NCBI GenBank assembly: GCA_043799675.1
Contig: JAZDNN010000024.1
Location: 7,418-71,417 of the forward strand
From: Candidatus Aenigmatarchaeota archaeon
GTDB taxonomy: Archaea > Aenigmatarchaeota > Aenigmatarchaeia > Aenigmatarchaeales > JACQIB01
Length of the DNA stretch: 64,000 bases
Direction: 5' to 3'
Shown here: piece by piece, positions 57,433 to 64,000 of the stretch
How positions within the stretch are numbered: position 1 is the stretch's first letter
Layout of the letters: each line of letters starts with the position of its first letter
Translations under genes and position numbers: made by a program
The notes under the pieces: model-generated
Database searches by the model: none
Seen by the model: only the letters and a program-made list of their open reading frames with translations
What the model was told of the DNA's origin: nothing

Positions 57433-58005
57433 GTGGAAAGAGACGAATGGGCCGTAGTTCTAGACTTCCTACCTAAGGGAAAAGCATCCGGCAAGCCTGA
57501 GCCATTGGCACAAGTGCTCGGTACCTTCCGATTCGGCCTGCTGGAAGTGGTGGTAAGGGAAGGGGTCATACTCAAGCCGGGCGAGAGGCTGTACATCGGG
57601 GAACAGGAAAGGAAGGAAGTGGACCACATCAAGCGGAGGATAGCCTCCAACGAGCTGACCTCCTTTGCCCGCAATGACCTGCCGTTCGCGGTGGAAAAGA
57701 TAGTCAGGGCGGAAGAGGCGAGGTTCGTGGACTTCTTCAACAAGGCCACTTCCATCTCCGTCAGGACCCATCAGCTCGAGCTGCTTCCGGGAGTCGGAAA
57801 GAAGCACATGTGGGACATAATCAACGAGAGGAAGAAGGGGCCGTTCAAGAGCTGGGACGACATCAAGAGCAGGATAAGCCTGCTGCCGGATCCTGCCAAG
57901 CTCATAGTCCAGAGGATTCTCAAGGAGATAGACAACGACGACGAACGGTTCAGGATATTCGTGGTCGGGCCGCCGAGGCCCGAGGACAGATGGGGCAGAC
58001 GCTAG
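57433..58005 (+). CDS. DUF655 family RNA-binding protein
   Basis: conserved neighbour of rpoF; OB plus HhH-like C-terminus. Confidence 0.6.
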   Translation: MERDEWAVVLDFLPKGKASGKPEPLAQVLGTFRFGLLEVVVREGVILKPGERLYIGEQERKEVDHIKRRIASNELTSFARNDLPFAVEKIVRAEEARFVDFFNKATSISVRTHQLELLPGVGKKHMWDIINERKKGPFKSWDDIKSRISLLPDPAKLIVQRILKEIDNDDERFRIFVVGPPRPEDRWGRR

Positions 58006-58012
58006 TGATTTT

Positions 58013-58771
58013 GTGCCAAGAAAGCTCGGCCAGCATTTCCTGAAGTATCCGGAGATAGCGGAGCGGATGGCTGCGCTGGCCATAGTCGATGATTGTGATA
58101 TCGTTCTTGAGATTGGACCGGGCCATGGAGAGCTGACCCAGGTTCTTGCCTCCAAGGCCAAAAAAGTGATTGCGATAGAGAAGGACAAGATGCTTGCCGA
58201 GGCACTGGAAGGCAAATTGAGCAATGTCGAGGTGATTGCCGGGGATGCGGTAAAGCTCGAATGGCCGCACTTTGACAAGCTTGTGGCGAACCTGCCATAC
58301 GAAATAAGCAGCCCGGTGATGGAGAAATTGTTCGAGAGGAAGCACTGGAAGGTCGCTGTGCTGATGCTGCAGAAGGAGTTTGCGAAAAGGCTGACTGCGA
58401 AGGAAGGGAGCGAGGAGTGGAGCAGGCTCGGGATGGCTGCCAGTTATTACGTTGACGCGAAGCTGATTGCGAAGGTCGGGCGGGGGGCGTTCAGGCCCAT
58501 GCCCAAGGTCGAGAGCGCGATAGTGCTGATGAAGCCCAGGGAGCACCCGTTCAAGACGGACAGCCTGTTCTGGCTGGTGACAGGGAAGCTGTGGCAGCAC
58601 CGGAAGAAGCAAGTCAGAGCTGCATTGAAGCACCTCGGCAGGTACGACGGCTGCGGCGTCGGGATAGATTTTGTGCCTCACGGGATTGCGGAGAAGAGGG
58701 TGGAAAGATGCTCACTTGAGGACTTCAGGCTGATTGTTGACACGCTGAGGGAACACCTGGGGAGCGGTTGA
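58013..58771 (+). CDS. ksgA: 16S rRNA (adenine1518/1519-N6)-dimethyltransferase KsgA/Dim1
   Basis: LGQHFL, VLEIGPGHGELT, NLPY motifs. Confidence 0.9.
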   Translation: MPRKLGQHFLKYPEIAERMAALAIVDDCDIVLEIGPGHGELTQVLASKAKKVIAIEKDKMLAEALEGKLSNVEVIAGDAVKLEWPHFDKLVANLPYEISSPVMEKLFERKHWKVAVLMLQKEFAKRLTAKEGSEEWSRLGMAASYYVDAKLIAKVGRGAFRPMPKVESAIVLMKPREHPFKTDSLFWLVTGKLWQHRKKQVRAALKHLGRYDGCGVGIDFVPHGIAEKRVERCSLEDFRLIVDTLREHLGSG

Positions 58772-59014
58772 ATGGACCTGACCAACGAGAGCTATGTTAT
58801 TCTGATACACACCAAAACGGCCACCGAGCGGTACTACCGGGACAGACAGGGTTGGGTGAAGGTAAGCACCAGAGACAGAAAGTTCCGGGCGACCGCGGAG
58901 CAGGTCCTGAACCACCTGCTGCCCGCGCTGGCCGGACTCAAACCGAACGTGACGGTCGAGGTGAAACACCGCGAGGCAAGGGGCACAAGCCCGAGGGCAA
59001 TCGGAAGCGGTTGA
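58772..59014 (+). CDS. hypothetical small protein
   Basis: ORF. Confidence 0.25.
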   Translation: MDLTNESYVILIHTKTATERYYRDRQGWVKVSTRDRKFRATAEQVLNHLLPALAGLKPNVTVEVKHREARGTSPRAIGSG

Positions 59015-59077
59015 CTGCAATTGTCGACAACGGTTTCGTCAATCTGCGTTTTTAACAGACGCGAAAAAGGCTTTTAA

Positions 59078-59302
59078 ATGGGCGAATGGAATCTAGCGCA
59101 AGGTGAACCAATGAAATACGACCTATACTTCGTCGTGAAGCTGTTGACCATAATCGGTGCCATACTCTGGCTACCGTTGGCCTTCGGCTACAATGTGATA
59201 GGGACCTTATTCAGCGCCATACCGGTGCTCGTCCAAGCGATATATGTTATCATCGGATTGTGCGGTCTCTACAAGCTGTACCTGCTCTTTACAAAGAAGT
59301 AG
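59078..59302 (+). CDS. small 2-TM membrane protein
   Basis: ORF. Confidence 0.3.
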   Translation: MGEWNLAQGEPMKYDLYFVVKLLTIIGAILWLPLAFGYNVIGTLFSAIPVLVQAIYVIIGLCGLYKLYLLFTKK

Positions 59303-59329
59303 GTGCGGAATTTCCTTTTTATTCTTTTG

Positions 59330-60130
59330 TCATTCAGGTGCAGACGGGGGAATGGCGTACAAGGTTGACAGTTCCGCAGGCTTCTTTCCGGTGAGCTGGC
59401 CGACTATCTCAACGTAAGCGTCGTATTGGGCATCCACCTTTTCCTTCGGCCTCCGCTTCGGATCGTAGCTGCCGTTCTCTATCTTCACCACCGGAGCGCC
59501 GAAGCCGAGCTTTCGTGCAAGCAGAGGCATCGCGACGTCGAAGCCCCAGCGCCTGTTGTAATTCCTTATCATCGGCTGGTCAAGCAGGGTTGCCATGGCC
59601 TTCCGGCTGTAAAGCTGGCTGCCAGCGGAAGGGGGATCGAACTCGGTCAGGCCGAATTCCTCCTTCAGTATCCTGAGCATGTCCTCCCTGCGGTCGACCT
59701 CATGGGAATTCTCCGCCCTGCTTATCTCCCTCCACCTGATTCCTGCAACCGCATCGGCGCCGTTCACTACGAACGGCATTAACCTCTCAAACACGGTCTG
59801 CTGGTTGAAATCCGCATCGAGATCGGTCTTCAGGAAATAGTCCGGGTTGAACTGTGAAAGTATCCTGATGTACGCATCGTGGACGGTCCTTGCGATGCCC
59901 AGGTTCTTTTCGTTCCGGTAGGGAATCGCGGGCAGTTCGTAATCGGCACAACAACGCACCATCACATCGTAGGTGCCGTCGGTACTTCCGTCATCTATCG
60001 GGAACAGCTTGAATGAATTATCATAAAGCCTACGAAACTCATCTATCCCGTCCTTTATGTTTGCAAAGGGTTTCTTCAACCCGTCCGCCTCGTTGAAAGC
60101 GGGAAGCACGACGGCAACGGTCTTCGGCAT
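59330..60130 (-). CDS. family 2 glycosyltransferase (dolichol-phosphate sugar synthase-like)
   Basis: VVLPAFNE..., DDGSTDGT, DAD motifs. Confidence 0.75.
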   Translation of the reverse strand: MPKTVAVVLPAFNEADGLKKPFANIKDGIDEFRRLYDNSFKLFPIDDGSTDGTYDVMVRCCADYELPAIPYRNEKNLGIARTVHDAYIRILSQFNPDYFLKTDLDADFNQQTVFERLMPFVVNGADAVAGIRWREISRAENSHEVDRREDMLRILKEEFGLTEFDPPSAGSQLYSRKAMATLLDQPMIRNYNRRWGFDVAMPLLARKLGFGAPVVKIENGSYDPKRRPKEKVDAQYDAYVEIVGQLTGKKPAELSTLYAIPPSAPE

Positions 60131-60232
60131 GCACGTAAATGACCCGCAGACCCTTTAAATATAACTACTTGTTAGGAATATCTTTATATATCACTTCGAC
60201 ATATATGTTGTTACAACTGTTTTGGTGCATAC

Positions 60233-60595
60233 ATGACGAACATGAAACTTCCGTTAACGAAACCCGTGTTTGAACCGTTCTTCGGCCTTGTGAGACCGAA
60301 GCAGCCGCTGTTCAACATAGGCGGCACCGATTACAGGCAGATAACGCCGAAGAGGCCGATGGTCATACGGAAGGGATACAGCGTGAAGAGCTGCTTCTAC
60401 TACCGCGGGACAAAGACCTGCATGGGCGTGCAATGCTACTGGCCGAAGGTAGGAACATGCTCATTATACGACAGGCTGTATGCAAACACGAAGGGCGGAA
60501 GGATTGCGGCGATAAAGACCGACAGAATAAAGTTAATCAGGGCGAAACGTGCCAGGATGAAGGGCAGGCCCGCGAAGCCGTGGGGGAAGTCCTGA
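60233..60595 (+). CDS. small Cys4 protein, tandem paralog 1
   Basis: module RPMVIRKGYSVKSCFYYRGTKTCMGVQCYWPKVGTCS. Confidence 0.45.
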   Translation: MTNMKLPLTKPVFEPFFGLVRPKQPLFNIGGTDYRQITPKRPMVIRKGYSVKSCFYYRGTKTCMGVQCYWPKVGTCSLYDRLYANTKGGRIAAIKTDRIKLIRAKRARMKGRPAKPWGKS

Positions 60596-60846
60596 TGCCG
60601 GTGCTCCGCCCGACCCCAAGAAGGCCGGAGCCGCGCTGCCCGACATTCATGCCGATGATAATCAGGGCCGGGGAATACAACAAGCTGGATTTCAAGAGAC
60701 CCGCGGTGTTGAGGAAGGGAAACGACGTGATAACATGCTATCTCTGGGAAGGGACCAAGCAGTGCCTGAAGGATGCGTGCTTCTGGCCGAGGTCAGGGAA
60801 GTGCAGCATTTTCAGCAAGATAGTCAAGAACGGCAAGAAGAACTGA
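60595..60846 (+). CDS. small Cys4 protein, tandem paralog 2 (TGATG overlap with paralog 1)
   Basis: module RPAVLRKGNDVITCYLWEGTKQCLKDACFWPRSGKCS. Confidence 0.45.
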   Translation: MPVLRPTPRRPEPRCPTFMPMIIRAGEYNKLDFKRPAVLRKGNDVITCYLWEGTKQCLKDACFWPRSGKCSIFSKIVKNGKKN

Positions 60847-61938
60847 TTATAACAATAATTTCTTCAGTTCCTCGTAGCCTGCATCCGTCTTTATCGCCGT
60901 GCAATCGAAATGGGTGCGGACAGCCAGCCTTCCGCTTTCATGCAACCTGAGCATCACATCTTCCGTGCCCTTTGCGGGCACCTTGAGCTTCGAAGCCAGA
61001 ACGTGCAGGTCCCAGTAGAAGGGAGGGGCATCAGCCTCTTCCATAATCTGGGAAAGCATCTTCGCCTCTGCCGGTTTTTGTTTGAAGTCCCTGCCTTTGA
61101 TATCATCGAGGACTTCATTGACGAATACCTTGTCCTGTATCGGACCCAGATAGATGGGGCCGGCGAACTGCCAGTTTTCAATGGGTTGTGAACCTGTGCG
61201 ATATTCGCCTGTCTTTGGATTGTAACTCACGAATTTGAACTTCTTCAGCAGACCTTCTATCTCGCCTGCATGCCCGATCCTTCCGTAGCAACGGAAATAA
61301 TGGCGCGTGGAATGGGAAAGCACCGGAACAAAAGCCCTGTCCCGGCGGGCGAACGTGAGGATTATGAACGAAACGAGGGTCCTCAGTCCCAATTCGGAAT
61401 AGAACGGCGCGCCCTTGAAGGTGACGATGCCGTACTTGCGGAAACAGGCGGCCGGGGCGGAGCCGCTCAGCGGGGCGGTGTCGGTGGCAGTGACGGCCAC
61501 GAAGCCCTTGTGCCAGACGCTGCGTGCAGCACCATCCAGGAAAAGATTGGGGGAACCGAACGGGTCGATGTCGATGAAATCGAACAGACGGTCATGGAAC
61601 AGCCTGTTCGCATCAACACAGGACGTCCTGCATCTTTTCTGAAGTTTGTTGAGCGTGATGTTCTTTTTGATTACTTTGACCGCGAACGGGTTCTTGTCGT
61701 TCAGCACTACCTCCTTCAGTCCTTCGACTTCGGCTGCATAGCGGAGGCCGCGCATCCCGGCGGCTGCCAATGCGTCACAGACCGTGAGCTTCTGCCTGCT
61801 GATTCTCTGCCAGGTCTGAAGGACGGAAATCGAGATGTCGCGCTGGAACTCGGCCGCGGGATTGTAGAACGCGCCCTTGCCGAGCGCAGGGGAGGCCCAG
61901 ACTTCGACCTTCCCTTCCCGGACTTTCTCAACACTCAT
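60847..61938 (-). CDS. trm1: tRNA (guanine26-N2)-dimethyltransferase Trm1
   Basis: IDIDPFGSP and Trm1 N-terminal motifs. Confidence 0.8.
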   Translation of the reverse strand: MSVEKVREGKVEVWASPALGKGAFYNPAAEFQRDISISVLQTWQRISRQKLTVCDALAAAGMRGLRYAAEVEGLKEVVLNDKNPFAVKVIKKNITLNKLQKRCRTSCVDANRLFHDRLFDFIDIDPFGSPNLFLDGAARSVWHKGFVAVTATDTAPLSGSAPAACFRKYGIVTFKGAPFYSELGLRTLVSFIILTFARRDRAFVPVLSHSTRHYFRCYGRIGHAGEIEGLLKKFKFVSYNPKTGEYRTGSQPIENWQFAGPIYLGPIQDKVFVNEVLDDIKGRDFKQKPAEAKMLSQIMEEADAPPFYWDLHVLASKLKVPAKGTEDVMLRLHESGRLAVRTHFDCTAIKTDAGYEELKKLLL

Positions 61939-62174
61939 ATGCCCACCAGAATCTTCCTGGCACCCTTCCTCTCAATTCTGGATTCCATGACATGCGAGAG
62001 GAAGCTCAGCAACCAGCAGGCAAGTGCAAGATAAGCGAACAAAAAATCGGAACTGCCTATCGCCATTACCGTGAAAACCGCTATGCCGTAGAAACCTATA
62101 TGTTCCAGCAGACCGAACAACCTGACCGCTTGCATATTACGATTGACGTAGGGACACCTTATAACTATAAAAGG

Positions 62175-63215
62175 ATGTGCACGCGTCAGTTGCGCATGCC
62201 CGTGGACTTCCTGAAAGTTCTGGCGGAGAAGAAGAACTTCGTCTGGCCGGAGCTGCAGAGCTATCTGCCGAAAGACGGCTGCCTGCACAGCAGGATGATC
62301 AGGGACTATCCGGAAAGGGGAGGAAAATACGTGCGTTCGGGCCTGGTGATGCTCGCCTGCGAGGCGTTCGGCGGGGACCCGAAGAAGGCGATAAAGACGG
62401 CGGCGGCGATGGAAGCCAGCCAGAACTGGATACTGATTCATGACGACATAGAGGATGATTCCGACGACAGGAGAGGGAAGCCAACGCTGCACAAGATGTA
62501 CGGAAGCGAGCTGGCAATCAATGCGGGCGATGCCCTTCATGTGCTCCAATGGAAGATGCTGGCCGACAACCGCCAGGTGCTCGGGGACGCGATGATGTGC
62601 AAAGTGCTCAATGAATTTTACAGCATCCTGGAAAGGACCACGCTGGGCCAGACCATCGAGATGGAATGGATAAAGAGCAACAACTTCAATTTCACCGAAA
62701 AGGACTACTACGTCATAAGCGATTCCAAGACAGGACTTTATACGATAACCGGGCCGATGAGGCTGGGCGCGATAATCGCGGGGGCCCAGGAACATGAAAT
62801 GGTCGCATTGGGAAAGTTCGGCATCCCGTTCGGGCGGGCGTTCCAGATACAGGACGACGTATTGAATCTGACAGCCGAACAGGCGAAGTACGGGAAGGAA
62901 ATCGGCGGAGACATCCTTGAGGGAAAGAGGACGCTGATGGTGGCACATCTTCTTGCCAACACCGACGGGCATGAAAAGCAAAAGGTGATTGAGATTTTCT
63001 CGAAGCCGCGCCAGCAGAAGACGCAGGAAGAGACGAAATGGGTGCTGGACATGATGAGAAGGAAAGGTAGCATAGATTTCGGGAAGCGGAAGAGCCTGGA
63101 ATTCGCAAGGGAAGCGGAACAAATCTTTGACAGGGAGATGGGGTTCCTGAAGGACAGCCCTGCAAAGGAAGCGCTAAGGGCGGGAATAGAATTCGTGGTC
63201 AAACGCGACCTTTAG
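62175..63215 (+). CDS. geranylgeranyl diphosphate synthase (short-chain trans-prenyltransferase)
   Basis: two aspartate-rich motifs HDDIEDDSDDRRG and QIQDDVLN; internal ATG chosen. Confidence 0.8.
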   Translation: MCTRQLRMPVDFLKVLAEKKNFVWPELQSYLPKDGCLHSRMIRDYPERGGKYVRSGLVMLACEAFGGDPKKAIKTAAAMEASQNWILIHDDIEDDSDDRRGKPTLHKMYGSELAINAGDALHVLQWKMLADNRQVLGDAMMCKVLNEFYSILERTTLGQTIEMEWIKSNNFNFTEKDYYVISDSKTGLYTITGPMRLGAIIAGAQEHEMVALGKFGIPFGRAFQIQDDVLNLTAEQAKYGKEIGGDILEGKRTLMVAHLLANTDGHEKQKVIEIFSKPRQQKTQEETKWVLDMMRRKGSIDFGKRKSLEFAREAEQIFDREMGFLKDSPAKEALRAGIEFVVKRDL

Positions 63216-63228
63216 CCGCCTTTTAAGC

Positions 63229-63936
63229 GTGATTTTTTTAATACGGCAATCGGTGAATAAGGCAATTGTCGCGGTCTGCGTTATGTATGGAAAGGACGTG
63301 GATGTTGTGATGCCGAACCGGTCGATTCCGAATATGATTGGACGAAGTATTGCTTTCACGGACTGCACCGACATGTACATGGACGAGGTGAGGCCGCTGG
63401 CGGAAAGGTTCGGTCTTTACGGGGCGTACATGGAATCCAAGTCCAATCTTGACGGAAAGAAACTGAAGAAATACTCGATGCTTCTGCAAGGGCACAGCCT
63501 CGGCGAGGTGGAAGGCATGATGACCGCCGAACCGTTCGAGGGCGCCAGGGGCGTCATACACGCCCTGAAGAACTCGGGCTACGAGGTGCATGTGATAAGC
63601 GACAACCCGCTGCTTACCCTCCCCGGGGCGTCCAAGAAGCTGTACCAGCTCGGTATAGGATACATCCATCCGACCATCAAGCTGGACGTCAGGAACGGCT
63701 GTTTCACCGGCTATCTGGACAGCTACAGGCCGAAGGAGGAGATAGTGATGGAAGTGGTGAGAAAGATGCAGCCCGACCGCATTATCGGGATAGGGCACGC
63801 GAACAACGACAGGGACATGCTGGAAATCGTGAAGGATCTTGAGGGGACCACGATAGCCATCGGGAAAGAACTCGAAGCCGACCACAACGTGAATGATCTG
63901 GACGAGCTCGCCCGCCTGATTCCGATGCTCCCATGA
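63229..63936 (+). CDS. HAD-superfamily hydrolase-like protein (start uncertain)
   Basis: IGIGHANNDRDML resembles HAD motif III/IV; motif I atypical. Confidence 0.35.
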   Translation: MIFLIRQSVNKAIVAVCVMYGKDVDVVMPNRSIPNMIGRSIAFTDCTDMYMDEVRPLAERFGLYGAYMESKSNLDGKKLKKYSMLLQGHSLGEVEGMMTAEPFEGARGVIHALKNSGYEVHVISDNPLLTLPGASKKLYQLGIGYIHPTIKLDVRNGCFTGYLDSYRPKEEIVMEVVRKMQPDRIIGIGHANNDRDMLEIVKDLEGTTIAIGKELEADHNVNDLDELARLIPMLP

Positions 63937-64000
63937 ACTTTTAAACACCGCAAAGCATCTGCAGCGTATGCTCAACCAAAGGGTGATGGTCACCGCGGTG

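Noticed and set aside
1-64000. CRISPR arrays, rRNA genes, integrases or transposases
   Set aside because: None detected by eye. No regularly spaced short repeats, no rRNA-like conserved stretches, and no integrase or transposase motifs among the ORFs.

Overview
This is a 64 kb archaeal chromosomal window. It carries an archaeal histone, TFB, aIF5A, Sm and prefoldin, ribosomal proteins L31e, L39e, S19e, L37e, S8e, L35Ae and S26e, the rpoF-DUF655-ksgA cluster, FtsY, CCA enzyme, ArgRS, Trm1, RtcB and archease. GC is about 57%, and four tRNA genes are each interrupted by two to four introns, including an intron inside the T-loop. That pattern is typical of Thermoproteales/TACK lineages, but I cannot identify the organism. 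Housekeeping and isoprenoid-lipid genes (geranylgeranyl reductase, CrtC-like hydratase, GGPP synthase, two GT2 glycosyltransferases, a B12-radical SAM enzyme) are interleaved with accessory DNA: two free-standing LAGLIDADG homing endonucleases and tandem cysteine-rich surface proteins. The main finding is a diversity-generating retroelement (DGR) at about 52.9-56.7 kb (RT, template repeat, three target genes). Its template repeat contains three short insertions (17, 31, 33 nt), each folding into a canonical archaeal bulge-helix-bulge (BHB) splice motif. Precise removal of the three yields a 94-nt template that is colinear with the variable regions of three tandem paralogous target genes and differs from them almost only at template adenines. 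This implies the template RNA must be spliced by the tRNA-splicing endonuclease and RtcB ligase before mutagenic reverse transcription. The neighbouring rtcB gene itself carries a 31-nt frame-breaking BHB-like insertion inside its conserved HxGYGFPIGGV motif. All coordinates I derived by hand (introns, tRNAs, repeats) may be off by 1-2 nt.
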